From Chrysomallon squamiferum (Eukaryota; Animalia; Mollusca): 64,000 bases of DNA. The notes under the pieces were generated by a model. The model made no database searches, had not been told where the DNA came from, and was given only the letters and a program-made list of their open reading frames with translations. Position numbers and translations under genes: made by a program. The stretch spans positions 16,492,001 to 16,556,000 of the forward strand of contig CM022679.1 of NCBI GenBank assembly GCA_012295275.1, written 5' to 3'. This document shows, one piece after another, positions 1 through 14,570 of the stretch. Positions within the stretch are counted from its first letter, which is position 1. Each line of letters starts with the position of its first letter.

Positions 1-1007
1 TAGCGTTATTTGAAAATCTAACGTACTGCAAAGGCTATAGAGAGCAAATATGCTTTTGTTTGATATATTTTATTACAAAACAGAGACATAATAAAGACAG
101 AATGTAGAATGTACACATTTTAGTTATAACTACATCCATACATCTATGTTTTATTGTGGATGTCTTTGTCGGTATCTCTTAATGTTTGTTGCGTGTATGT
201 TATCATAAATCTTAATTAACTTAATGTGTTTGTGTGATATTTTAGTACTAGGATGAGTAAAACCCGCAAATTAAGTCCCCCAAAAGCCTCCCTTTTATGT
301 GTTAATGATAGTAAATTTCTCTTGTTACTGTGTCGTTAAGATAACATATCTTGTATGCTTTGATGTAGTAATTTAGTGTTTTTTCTTCTTCACAAAATAC
401 TACTACTACTACTACTAATAATAATAGTAATTAGCGGTAATAGTAGGAACAATAGAAGCAGCAACAGTAGGAGTAGTAATAGTAGTATTAGAAGTAGTAA
501 TTGTTGTAGCGGTAGTAGTAATAGTAGTAATAATATCAGTAGCAGTAGTAGTAGTAACTGTATCAGAAATGACAGTGTAGAAGAAGCTATATAAATATTT
601 CACTGCCCTTTTTTATATTTAAATATTATTTATTTACTTATTAGTTGGTTTATTTGTATTTGTATTTATTTTTATATTTCTAAAAATACATTAAACTGAG
701 TTTTCAAATTATTAACTGAAAACGAACGACGGTAATAAACATTTTAGTACATTTATTTAAGAATCAGCAATTAAAATATAACTGACAACTTACGTGTAGA
801 CTGTGGAGTTAACTGAGTAAAGTGCATAATTAAAGCATGTATCTGGTTTCTCGAAGACATAGCCTGAAATTTAAAAAAACCACCATGTAGGTGAAACATC
901 ACAAGCTGACTATGCCATTAGGCCAGATATGAGCTGTATTATTATTGTCACGATTTTATATAGCTAATAAATAAATAAATAAATACAGAGACACACATTA
1001 AACATAC

Positions 1008-1017
1008 ATTATTATTA

Positions 1018-1106
<89 letters not shown>

Positions 1107-1113
1107 ATTGTTA
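1008..1113. repeat. (TAT)n/(TGT)n microsatellite
   Basis: Direct reading. Confidence 0.95.
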
Positions 1114-2500
1114 TTGGTCAAAGTACTTTCTATCCAGAATATTGCCAAACAGAAACAGACAGCGTGCGTGATCTGTTAAGTTCGGGTCTGTTTATCTTAT
1201 TACACTTTGTCATTTTGTAGATGTGTAATTATTTTTGACAAACATGTCCTATACAGACTGATTTCCTCATTGATCTACTTAGTGCGTGTAACACACGCTC
1301 TCTCAGACGTTCCGCTACACTCATCTAAAATCGTTTACCGTTTCGTAGATGCCAGTTGACTTTTCGATAAGTCGAATGTTTCTTCAGCATCTTTGGCAAA
1401 ACTAACAAACGAAGGTTTGGGCAGCAGCCAAGACACTGATTTTCCTCTCGTCATTTGGGGACAGAACATTTACACTGGCACCGGGCCAGATGCAAGAGTA
1501 AATGAGCATGCTTGCAGAAGATTAGCCCTTTTCTTGTTGGTACGCGGTGAACAGTCTGGGCCACCAGTTAATTTTCTCAATGATTTGTGTTATGTTGTGC
1601 AGGGTCTAACTTGCTGACTGCCACCCTAACACCGCTCTAAAATTAAACACTTGATCGCTAATTATAGTATGTAAGACGCGCGTAAAAGTCAAAATTGTGT
1701 CTGGAAAGACTAACACGTGAATACCGACAGACAAACTGATTTCATTTTATATTGAGATGAACTTTTTAACTGGTGATCTGTTATTACCCTGTCAGCACTT
1801 TTAAAACAGAGCAGATCGTCTGTCTTCAGCCAGCTTCTTGCAGGTTTGGAACGGCAGTCACTTTGTACTTTGTGTGGTTGCGTCGTTTCTTTGGACGCGC
1901 TTCTCCAAACGCGGCTGACTACGTTCTGATCTTTCTCACTTTATTAATATGTACGCATTACCCCTTTTCACGAGATACACTGCACCTAATCTGCGAGAAC
2001 AAAATAAAGTGCTGTATAGCACACAACCGTACATGTGCATACACATTCATTTTCATATTTTTTCTCATCGTTCTGTTTCCTTCCTAATGTGTTTGAAATC
2101 AGAGGGGCTTACAGTTTAATCTGTATATGTATTTATACACGGATTGAAATAGTCATATTAGAACCATATACATTTTAAAGTATACTTGAAGTACAACTGT
2201 CGCATTTACTTAATGCTACATCATTTCTATGTTTTATAGTCTGCTCTGATAATAATAATTTTTTGATTTATTTGCAGTCAGAGGTATTTCCTGTATAAGA
2301 TAAACTCTTTATATATAATATCTGTGTATATAAATTATTACTTGTGAAATATCTCAGAATTCATATAATGAATTGTTTAGCACTTAAATACTGTATTTGA
2401 TGCCAGATTGTATTATCCTGTGTATAAGATAACGATACTAAACAAAGCATATTTGCTAAACGTTTAATTCGTTAAATTCTGAATACATATTGAATGAAAA

Positions 2501-2617
<117 letters not shown>

Positions 2618-4029
2618 GTGTGTGTATGTGTGGACAAACATAAACATATACAAAATCTCTCTATCTCAGTTTCATACACCCAAATACACACACGTTCGCA
2701 AACAAATGCATACATAGCTAGAACAAACAATATACTAGTATACAAAGGTATTTACGTATTAATAAAATATCTGTGGATTTAAGTTCGATGACCACTTTGC
2801 CATGCAAATGAAAGATGATATTACTTAAAACAGAATAAACGTGTCACTATAAACAACATCGAAGCGAAAAGATCACGACTTTTTCAAACAGAATGTAAGT
2901 TTGTAGTTTGAACTGGAGCAATGATCAAGTCTTCAGTTTTAGATCATAATTCATTATTACTGGCAGCTGATGTAGTAGAAGTAGTAGTAGCAGTAGTAGT
3001 AGTAATAGTAGTAATATAGTACTGACATTTCCAGTCGTACCAGTGATAATCATAGTAATAATAATGGTATTAATTTTTAGTTGTAGTAGTAGTAGTAGTG
3101 ATAATAAAAGTTGTTATAATGTTATTAGTTTTTAGTTGTAGTAGTAGTAGTAGTAGCAGGGTTGTAGTTATATTTATTAACAGTGGTAGTAATAACTGGA
3201 AATGGTAATAGGAGTATGAATTGTTATTCAGTCGATGTGATGTTAATTGCTGTGTTTCAGTACTCTGAGATAAAATACGTGTATAAAAAGCAGACTGGAT
3301 TATTTTTCTAGCTCATGTTGAATTTCACTGATTTAAAAAAGGAATAGCATTTATTTATTCCATTCATTACGTGGTGAATAAACATTTCAGATAATTCCCA
3401 CCAGCGATACGATATCGTCTGCGATTTTCTAAAAGCATATGAAAAAATTATCAGTTATTTATTGTAGAAAAATAAATAAATCTCAGTATAAATGCTGTGT
3501 TCTAGGCTCACAGGTTGTGTTATTATAACTAGATGTGTTGGATCTTCCTGGCGAATTCTTACATAAACTACGAATGTTGTAAAATTGGTGCCAAGTCAAA
3601 TTATATCTGTGCGACATTTTGGCTTATTTATTAAAATAACCGATGTAACGGAATGAGTTAATTTTGATTTCAGTTGTTTATCTTTTATTATCTTTAGAGA
3701 TATTTTTCTAAAAATATCCACTTGCAAGATTATCTTAGGAATTTAGTAATTGCGTCAACATGTATAAACGCGAAATAAACTTACAGTAGGTAAAAATGGC
3801 ATACTGTTAAACTGAGAGACACATGCAGCCATGACGGACTTGATATTGTGCAATTTAAAACATTCTCATTTATACTATACCATTAAAATAAAGGAAATGG
3901 ACATCACAGCAAGAATAGACTGAAATTAAACAAGGATAAAGAAAACTGACAAACAGTCAGAAAGTCTATGTACGTTAGTTATATCAGCGTGCACTCTATT
4001 AAAACAATAAGAGTAATGCCACCTGTGTG

Positions 4030-4087
4030 TTGCCGCGGTTCGAACCTAGTGACCTCGGCATCTGGCGAGCACGAATGATCTACCAGT
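4030..4087 (-). mobile_element. tRNA-derived SINE head remnant
   Basis: Minus strand CTGGTAGA...GAGGTCACTAGGTTCGAACCGCGGCA contains a canonical B box (GGTTCGAACC) but no complete cloverleaf. Confidence 0.45.
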
Positions 4088-5873
4088 TTGTTTTACGAAA
4101 TGAACAAGTCTTAGAACAAAAAAGCCATGATCCAAATAATTAACGCATTTATTAAGTAAACATTAAGTGTGGTTCGCCATCAAAGCCGGCTGCTGGAAGC
4201 CTGCCAGGTTTTCAGATTACATCCATCAGTGTTGTTGAAGCGATTATCTCTTTCGTCGGCTTTCTGTTGCAGAAACCACCTTTTGAACCATATATGTTTG
4301 TGTATGCGGCTCTCTGTGTATGTGTGTTTACATATATGTGTGTGCGTGTGTGTTTGCGTGTCTGTGAGTATATATGCGTGTTTATGTGTGTGTTTTTATG
4401 TGTTATATATCTTACAAATGTATGTTTGTATTTGTGTTTATATTTATATGTATTTGTATGTGACTACAAATAGGCAGACAGACCGACAGACAGACAGACT
4501 CACACACATACATAGACAGACAGACAATTAGATATGATAAACGTAAAACTTATGCTGTTTTGAGATTAAAATATCCCTGAGCAAACTGCGTTCCTAAATA
4601 ACAAAACAAAACTGAGTTAAAACTATTTTAAAATATACTTCAAAAACAAATATTCAGACGACAAATATATATCTCTGTAAAAGAGACTTATTATACCTCT
4701 GTTGCTTGTACTACTACTAGTATTACTACAACTACTCTTACTGCTGCTACTACTACTACTGCTTTAGCTGTTGATAATAATATTACTGTTAATACTGATA
4801 CGTCTACTGATGCTGCTCTGTTGTGACTAAATCTAATGTGTAAATCAGAACTCACTCTTTTCTATTGTTGCTAGAGCTGCTAGTGTGGTTGTTATTATAA
4901 CTGGTGTTTCTGCTCTAAGCAGAGCATTGGTCGTAACGAACGTTTACTATCATACTGCTGATAACTGTTTTTAATATGAGGTGTGTGTACTGCATGCAGA
5001 TCAGCGGAGAGCTTGAAGCTAGGTAGGGCAGGATGAAAGATTACGACCACAGTTATTAACACCAACACCATATCAAATTAACCTGGCACCGCCTTCGTCA
5101 TTAATGATACCTTTGATGTTAATTATATCTAAGACAAATTTATTGCTGTCAGGAATAAAAATAATTATTTAATAACAGAATAACTATTTCTAAAGACAGC
5201 AGAACACAATAATTGTTTTATAAATTGGTGATTTTCATTAGCTGTTGAATGTAATACTCCTAAAAGGTATAGTTAATCAGAATAAAAGAGTACAGCGTAA
5301 TGGAATACAGGGCAAAATTCTACGAAGATACAGAATATCAAAGTTTAATAATGTGATTGTTCGGTGTACAAAATACAAAACTAATATAAAAAGAATAATT
5401 AACAGAACAGGGAATACCAAAAAGCATCAACAAAGTAAGAAAATAATTTCTGTGAGATACAAAGATGAGCGGTTATATACGAAACTGAATTTATGAGGTC
5501 AATGCCGCGAGAATGCATTATTACTGAACAGTAAGGAGCAGTGAAAAAACACATTCAGGAGGAAACAGCAGAACGATACAAGCAGAGTATGATCTAATAT
5601 AATATAAAATACAGCCTAACATAACATTAATGTAACAGTGATATATGTCAAAGGAAGAATCATATAAATCACAGTTCAGTATTACTGGACAGAATACAGC
5701 ATAATGGAATAACTGCATAATTGTAACATCAATTTAAGAGACACTACGGTGCCGAGAAACAAAGTTAAAAACCGATGATAAAATGTAACGTAAATGAGAA
5801 AGTAAATTCTAAAAGAGGGTCAAAGAACATCTAAAGGGTACAACACAAGAGACAAGAAGATTTATAAGTGGAT

Positions 5874-6327
5874 CCTGTCTCAGAAAAGACGCTGTGCCGA
5901 GTGAGTACAGGGTAAAACAATGTCTCAAGGATACAACTGAATAGACAAGAGAATTATAAGTCAGTCCTGTCTCAGAAAGGACACGGTGTCGAGTGTAAAA
6001 AAGTGTCTCAAGGATACAACTAAATAGACAAGAGAATTATAAGTCAGTCCTGTCTCAGAAAGGACACGGTGTCGAGTGTAAAACCATGTCTCAAGGATAC
6101 AACTGAATAGACAGGAGAAGTCAATCCTGTCTCAGAAAGGATACGGTATCGAGTGAGTACAGTGTAAAACCATGTCTCAAGGATACAACTGAAAACCAAT
6201 CCTGTCTCAGAAAGGACACGGTGTCGAGTGAGTACAGTGTAAAACCATGTCTCAAGGATACAACTGAATAGACAGGAGAAGTCAATCCTGTCTCAGAAAG
6301 GACACGGTGTCGAGTGAGTACAGTGTA
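5874..6327. repeat. 75-91 bp minisatellite, about 5.5 copies
   Basis: CCTGTCTCAGAAAGGACACGGTGTCGAGTG...GTAAAACCATGTCTCAAGGATACAACTGAA starts at about 5874, 5965, 6049, 6126, 6201 and 6287. Confidence 0.93.
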
Positions 6328-7451
6328 ACGAGCAGCAAGTGTAAAATGACGTTTCACTGTTGACCAGTGAAGCGGCAGCTGTTCAAGAATCAGTTAATCG
6401 GTCACGTAACTGGGAACAGTTTAATGAACGCTGGCGGATCAGTCTGTCTCCCCGGGGCTGTGCAAAGTGGCTGTAAGCGAAGTTTCCACTGCGCGTCTCT
6501 CAGGCTGTATCGGGTTCCTCACATCTGGTTCTTCCGTGTGTTTTCTGGCATGTACCTCAGCGAAACACTGGAACTTGGCTGACGGCGGGTCGAAAGATGG
6601 GCCGCTTCAATTTGCACTGATCGTCATAAACCGTTCAACGTCGATCGGTTTTCAAGACAATGCTACTCGGAACGAGAAGTACAGACCAAACCAAAGTGGT
6701 TGTTGTCTCGAGGTGTAGCAGCTCTGCTGGAGAGGAAAGAAAATTAATTCAGAATTTTTATTTCTGTGTTAATGTCTCAATGAACAAGAAGAACAAAAGA
6801 AGATGATGGAAGTATCGATGAAGACGTGTATAGTGATGATGAAGATAATAATAAAGATGATAATAAAGATGATAATTATTATTAAAATGATGATAATAAT
6901 CAGTATTGTAAGTAAGGATAATAATAATAATCTGAGAAATGAAAATAACAGAAAGTACGACCCTGATGATAATGATGATAATAAATGTATAATTAAACGT
7001 CTGGTTACATGAATTCTCCTCATAATGATTTCAAACTGATCTTGTACTAAGTGTACTTTAGGAACAGAGCAAATCTTGTTTTTGGTATTTCATTTGTCTT
7101 TTATCTCATCGTCTTGATCATGATTAACGTTAATAAAATAAATTATTATTATCGTCGGCATCATCCATCATCATCATCATCATCATCATCTTTATTATTA
7201 TTATTATTATTATTGGTAGTAGTTGTAGTTGTAGTAGCAGTGGTCCTTGTGGTCCAGTTTGTTACTGTGGTAACGGTGACTGTTATTAACAAATGGATGC
7301 TCTACTTCATTCGTTTTTTGTTTTGTTTATCTGCTGTTTTATTTATAAAAAAAATTATCTCTTTAAAAACATATTTTCTTTTACTAACACTCTTAGTTAT
7401 TCAAAGTAAAAGCAGATTTAAGGAAATGAAAATAAATAAACCGATACCAAA

Positions 7452-7663
7452 GTGAATATTTCTGTTTTAGATGATTAGTGAAGTGAATATCTCTGTGAAG
7501 TGAATATCTCTGTTTTAGATGATTAGTGAAGTGAATATCTCTGTTTTAGATGATTAGTGAAGTGATTATCTCTGTTTTAGATGATTAGTGAAGTGATTAT
7601 CTCTGTTTTAGATGATTAGTGAAGTGATTATCTCCGTTTTAGATGATTAGTGAAGTGATTATC
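7452..7663. repeat. 31-bp minisatellite, about 6-7 copies
   Basis: Unit TCTGTTTTAGATGATTAGTGAAGTGA(A/T)TATC. Confidence 0.95.
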
Positions 7664-8413
7664 ACGTCATGTCAGCGTGCGTGGTGACACGAGACAGCAG
7701 ACAAATATTACATTACTCATTGTAATTTATTTCTCATACTCTTCTTGTCTGATAGAAAAAACAAGTTTTAGAAAATTGTGTTACCGAGTCGTGGTTCACT
7801 CTGGGTGGACCAGTTTCCTTTTCCATAAAAAAACAGACAAGTAAACTGCTGCTACTAGTCTTCACCCTCTCTCTACATTTTTACACTAGTTTTCGATCGT
7901 TTTTGGTTTTAAAAATGTTTTTAATATGATTTAAAACAGAGTGTATTTATTTCATACACAAAAAAAAAAAAAAAAAAAAAAAAAAAAACAAAAACGCAAA
8001 AATAAGCAAGAAGGTAAATCATATAATTCGTTCGTGCATGCCTATTTTTGTCTGAATATACCTCAATGTGTTTGTTAGTTCCTGTGTTGTGTTAATGTGT
8101 GTATGTGTGTGTTCTTGCTCAAGTATTTTTTTCTTTCTTTAGCAATCGCCTTTTACATCGCAATAGATGAACGATTCTATTGCAACCACTATTTACAACG
8201 CTAGGAAGATTCTCAAACTGCCTAAAGAGTGTTTCATGCGCCGCGTATCTTTACGGCCCCCAGTTCGTCAGTACATATATCGTAGTTCACATTTTATCGT
8301 TTTTCTAAAATTAGAGGGGGAACCGAAACACCGCAAACGGAATCAGCTACAGACGTCTGCAGTAGTCTGTCGTGACACTTAAAGGTTCCTGACGAAAACA
8401 AACAGATTTATGT

Positions 8414-8655
8414 TATAAATGCGTCTTCTTCGGATGCGCTTGTTCACTGGTGCACTATTCTGGATTATTGTACACTGTTTTACTTATCTCTTCGGTAATG
8501 AATGATTTATTCAAGATATATAGTTCGAGTTTCTCTCTAGCAGACAGATTTGGCAGCTCTGGAAAGCTGGTATGCCAGCCAAAGTTGCGATGACTTGGGA
8601 CGGTTTGCCGCGTTCTTGGGACAGGGGAGCACGTGGCGGCTAAATTCACGTGAGT
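8414..8655 (+). promoter_or_regulatory. Candidate NDNF core promoter and non-coding first exon
   Basis: TATAAAT at 8414-8420, Inr-like TTCACT about 30 nt downstream (8443-8448), a GC/CpG-richer stretch with CACGTG boxes, and donor AC|GTGAGT at 8650. NDNF coding exon 1 has an acceptor and therefore needs an upstream exon. Assignment is inference. Confidence 0.45.
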
Positions 8656-8934
8656 GTTAGCTTTTCGTGTCAGTGTAGAACTGTCGTTAATGGGCTGACC
8701 CTCACAGCCTAGCCTCACACTTTGAAAACAGCACGTTAAGTAAATAGATTTTCTATGTGTTGTATGCATCTACAGTGTTGTTTTAACAAAAGTTTAAAAA
8801 AAAAAAAAAAAAATGTATTGTGTTTGTTGTCGGTGCTCTTTTTTGGAACTGCATTAGGATCTTTTTTTTACAGTACAAGTTAATATTATGATTAACATAA
8901 CACTGTCATTCATTGTGAATATAAATATATATAT

Positions 8935-8998
<64 letters not shown>

Positions 8999-11900
8999 TG
9001 ATATGCCTGTATATTGATATAATAGAAAACATTTTTTTCCTTTTGATATTTCATAAACTGTGCATAAAAAAAATACAATAAACAAAGCACAATTAGTATT
9101 TAATATTAAATCCATTCAGCAGTACTAACAAGTATGCATTTTTTAAGAAATTAATAGTAAAACTACCACTACTACTACTGTTACTATAACTACCACTTCT
9201 ACTACTACTACTACTACTACTACTACTATTACCACTACTACTACTAATACTGACACTACTACTACCACTATTACTACTGTCACCTGTCACTAGTAGTACT
9301 ACAACTGCGGCTACCACTGTTGGTTTTGCTATCACTACAACTACCATTATTACTATTACAACAATTATAATTAAAAGACATATTGAAGAATAAGTATATA
9401 CATCTAAACGCATGTTAAATGAAATATATTAGGAGACCGATGTTTTCATTATTCTGTCATACCGGTTCAGTTTCTGTTTGTTTCATTCAGTTTATTATTT
9501 TATTTTTTTCATTGTTAGTTATCAAATTTATGTTAGCAGTCTCAGGATATCAAAATCTTGTCTTACACAAATTATCACTGAGCCGGTTATATTCAGTGTT
9601 TGGTTATTATATGGCCGAATTCTTATAATTGGCATCGTTATGTTTATAAACATACATACATACATACGTCCACACGTACATTCGTGTATGTATGTTTTTT
9701 TATATATATATGTAAACGCATTTTTTTGGAAAGTACATGTATAGCTTTTAATGGAAGCTGCACTCAGTCACGTGACAAGGTCATTCTTGAGGATAGAGTA
9801 AAGTAGTTATTAATGGAAAAGTTTATTTATCAGTAAATTCTGAATGAAATACTGAAAGGTCTGACAGCTGTATCAGTCAATGAATTAAAACATACTTGAA
9901 GTTGAAATCCATGTTCAAGATTCCTTATTGGTGATAATCTGATGGAATAACCAGCGAGCAGCGGCAAGTTTTCGTTTCTCAACTTTATCTTTACTTTCAC
10001 ATATAACTTTTGGTTTTGGGATGATTTCTTTTTCTTTTTAATGTTCAAAAGATCTTTCGTTCTGTGCCACAAAACATAATTCAGTAGGAATGGAACAACT
10101 GTTGACTTAAAAATATTTAAAAATATATATATATATATATATTTATAATCATTAAAACTGAAACTGTCAGAGGGTCGAAGAGAAAATAAGATGATTTTGT
10201 ACCATTAAGAAGAGCATAATACATCTGACATAATTACTGTCTTGTACTGGTCATCTAAAAAGTGACGTCCTCTCTAATACTTCTTAATTCTTAGATAATG
10301 CAGCGTTAACACAAGGCTGTTTTGAAACATGATGAGTGTCCTGTATACACACACACACACACATACACACACGGACGCACACATACACGCATTTTTTTAT
10401 TGAGCAGGCATTGCATCTGTAACAAATGACTGAAGAAGAAAGGCAGTATTAGGGTTTCAGCCAATCTGGACTCTGTGTGAGAGGCTGCGCCTGAGTCTTA
10501 TCTGCATATTAATACTGAAACAGAGTTTTCTCTTAGTATTTCAAATTTCCAGTCTTCAAAAAGCAACTGAAACTTAAGAGAGTACGTGCTTTCAGTGCCA
10601 GTTTGGGTAATAATTTTGTAATACATTCGCTGTGGTCATTTCAGTTTTCATATTTTAGTATTAATGCTGTTTATGTTGATGTTCTGATCGTAACTGATTT
10701 TACCGCTGTAGTAATGATGTACACAATCTTGTATTCAGATAATGCTATTTTAATAAAAACAAACTTTTGGCAAACGGTTTACAGGATTGGGAACATCATG
10801 GTGGATTATAGTGATTTCTTGGACATTATCAGTTTTATTTTTTTTATTTTTTTTTTCTAGATCTGTTATTTATTGCATTGCTACCTAATAGATCATTTGC
10901 TTTTGTTTTATACTTTATTCACTTATTTTCTTATTGTTAGGTTGACGTTAACTTTATATTATTTCTAAGGTAGAAATGTACTTTTATGTATGTCTTCGTC
11001 TGTTAAACGCGTGTTTTTATTTGCCGATAAGCTCCTAGCGGGGACGTCTTACTTATGTACGTACAGAAACATACACAACAGTAACAACAACAACAACAAC
11101 AACGAAATATTAATACTAATAATTAGTCGTAGTAGTAGTAGTAATAGCAGCAGCAGCTGTAGTAGAAGACGTAGTAGTAGTAGTAGTAGTAGTACTAGTA
11201 GCAGCAACAGTAGAATAGCAGTAATGTTTGCTTTAACAATTTTCCAGATAAACTGTAATTTCGGTTGATTAATTTTTTAATATAGTCAAATTTCTCTGTA
11301 AACAATTAATTACTTCTTATCAAGCTAATGACTTGTTTCTTGCCAAATAGTTTAGCAGAATAATAACTCTTAACGTGTTTTCCTTTCCTGTCTTTCTGAT
11401 AAAATAAAATATAATATATATGCAGGTAAATTAGGAAGGAGAATATTTGGCAAAGGTATAAATAAACAACATGGGAATTTCTGAGGGAGTGTCGTAGGAA
11501 AAAAAAGGGTGAACGATTTTAAGCAAACTTCTCTTCAACAGTGTCTGTTGCGGTCATACCTTCTGTGACTGTATTTATTACTTATAAGAGTTTTGTTCAA
11601 CGAAAGAAGAAAACGGTTATAGAACTGTGTTGAAGTAAATCACAACATATTGATGTTGAAGTGTATCTGTGGTGGTTTGAATAAATGGTCTAATGAAATG
11701 GTCTTTATCCTTTCAAGTTATTATTTTATTATTTTGGGCAGTATGTCATTTCTCGTACAAAGCATGGTAATAAAACAATGCTGTTACAAAACATCTGAAC
11801 GCCACCATTTTTTCTGAAGAATTTTATAGCAAATCCGTCCGCGCTGTACTCTATGACGTCAAAAAAAAAACTAAAATTGCGTGGTCGGATGTTTTTAAAG

Positions 11901-12316
11901 TTTACTCTTTCATTATTATTCCTCGTTATTAATTAAACTCGGTCGGCAAACAATAAATAAAACTTAACTAGAAAATATGCAGAATACATTTAGATCATTA
12001 CTTCGTAAAATTTTAAATAAAAAAGTGTTCATATAGTGTACATAAGTATTTAAGCTGTTCTATTGGATTAAATGTATCAGCTTTGAGCTATAACCAACAC
12101 ATTTACTTAGAACTAATGCTTATTAAAAATAGCAGGATGTTTAGTATTCGAATGGGCTGATATTAAACAAAGTATGAAAGTTAATATATATTTCCGACAT
12201 TAATTTATTCATTAATATGCAGTTACGGACGCGAATCCAGCAAAGATATAATCCGAAACAAAAAAAGACTAAATACAAGTCCTATAACCGCTTATAGCTA
12301 CTCCACGTCACTGGCT

Positions 12317-12457
12317 GTAGTTCAGTGGTTAGAACGTATGGGTCGCAGGATACTACAGTATATCTACTGGACTATTTCCTGTTCCATCAAGTGTTGGTTG
12401 CAAATTGTTTTATCAAGAGGCGTAGTAAGTGCTTTCCTTTCTATAGGATGATGTGTA
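12317..12457 (+). mobile_element. Degenerate tRNA-headed SINE remnant
   Basis: A-box-like GTAGTTCAGTGGTTAGA followed by TGGACTATTTCCTGTTCCATCAAGTG...TATCAAGAGGCGTAGTAAGTGCTTTCCT, which resembles the central domain of Nin/Deu-type SINEs common in gastropods (recalled, not searched). Confidence 0.55.
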
Positions 12458-14570
12458 ACAAATTTCTGTTCTGACAGACAGGTATCTTCTGTCAACAACG
12501 TCGTCGTCATGATCACCAAAGTCGTCATCAGCATCATACAAACACAACAACAACTACAATAATAATGTCACGTTATTTGCGGCACGTATTTTTATTTGAT
12601 GCCTTGAAATGTTAACTAATCCACTTCTGATTAGTTCTTCATTTATTAACACATTCATCTCGTCAAACCAAGAAGAAAACAGTTAATCAAACATATAAAA
12701 GTGGACACTTAAGTAAAGCAGGAGATAAACTTCGGTCATACAGTAAATACACACTGGGATCACTTCCAAAGAAAGACACATATCTAGAGCTAACCAGGGA
12801 GATGAAATATCATCAGAGCTTCTCTTCTTTCTAATTATTTTAAATGTAGCAAAGTCAGAGGCGACCTACAGTTCTGGAATGTGTAATCACATCATCATCT
12901 TCAATGGACTTATTCCTCCTGGATTAGGGGCCCTGGAGCTTAATCTGCCTTAATCCGCCTCTGACTAAAGGCAGACAGGCTTGAACCATCAGTCACAAGG
13001 AGTTATTTTCCATAAATTGTATAATTACAGTGTAGTGAAATACATATCTGCGGTTACGTAATAAATAATGTTAACAAGGTTGACACACTCTCTGACATAA
13101 AGTTCTAAATAAAATTAGAAAATTCGCACTGATGAAAAATCCACGAAACTAGTAAATACTTCCTTAATTCCACGGTTCATCATACTTAATTTATAAAGAA
13201 ATTCGTTAACGGTTTCACTAAATTTATATAACTTGTTCATTCCGTTCACTAAGAACATTACCATCGACAGAGAGTTTCTCATGACCTAATCTGAATTTGA
13301 CATAATGTATTTATTATTTTTATATGTATTCAAAAAGACTGATACATTTATATAAGTGCAGCTGCTACTTTTTACTGCTGGTTTATATATTCTAATTAAA
13401 TAATAACCCAGTGTATGTCAACATGTCTCAGGATCACCTCTTGGTGCCGGATGTAACTGATGCGAAGTAAAATCACAGTATTATGTTTGTTGTTTTCTTT
13501 TCTCGTTAATACATTGGATTAGAGCACAGTACGAACATGCTTGAATGTTCATTGGATATAAAGACACTTTAGAATGAGATATTTGACATATTTTGAAATC
13601 TTATAGTGTTGATGATACATAGTAAATGTCATCAGAAATAAAATATTTTTTATCAGTATGTTTAAGGTCTTGTTTGCACACAAAAACGTCTAATGGTGCA
13701 AAATGGCAATTTTAATTTACAGCTATGTGAGGTGATCCACCTGCTTTTACAAGCAGTCATTGAAAAATCGCTGAAGTAACTGAATGGAGTGCTAGGTTTC
13801 TGTCTGAAGCAGTGGTTCTTTTTATATTCGCCAGCTCATTCTACGACTGTGGATCGACAAGTCAAATGGTAATGGCTGGATAAGGAAGTTATCTGCACAG
13901 AGATCCTGGAGAAAAAAACACACACATACGAGCGCCATTTTTGTACATATATATTTCCAGTAACTATTACTGTAGTCACCATCATCATCATTGTCGTCGT
14001 CATCATCATCAATGTCAATGTTATCATCAACAACATACCGCACCCACATATCCTATTTCACTGATCCTCATTTACTTTATCTGAATGTTTGCCCGTACGC
14101 TGCAGAGTGTGATAGCACGTAAACCACAGAGATACTGTAAATGTAATGAAATTTAGTTCATTCATTCCAGAAACGAGATGTCCGTTTTAAGACATATTGT
14201 TTTCCTTTCCGATTCCTTTTCTGTTTTTGTCCATAAAGAAATATGTCGATACTTTAGCGAGTGAAATGTCGAAGACGTATTTCTTTACGCAACATGTCTG
14301 ATGACCTAAATGTAGATTTAGATCCCAAACTATTTTTAAAATTTATAATTTAGACTTGAAATCATGTATTTTTCTCTCACATATTATATATAAATATCTT
14401 ACTCTTTGTTTATTTCACTTTCGACTTCGTATTTTTTTTAGTGCTTGTTTAGTGGTTGACATCGTTAGTGAGAGAGGAATGTTGATAACGACAGCAAAAT
14501 GGTTCGGTAAAGATTGTAATTATAGAATTAAAGCAGGATATTTAAACTTTATATTTTCAGCTTCAAAAAG

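Noticed and set aside
4030-4087. Possible tRNA gene
   Set aside because: It has a B box but no acceptor or anticodon stem pairing, so it is treated as a SINE remnant.
5874-7663. Minisatellites as CRISPR-like repeat-spacer arrays
   Set aside because: The variable parts are indel variants of the same unit, not unique spacers.
10505-10530. TAATACTG as a miR-8/miR-200-family hairpin
   Set aside because: Only the seed matches. The rest differs from miR-8 and no convincing precursor stem is visible.
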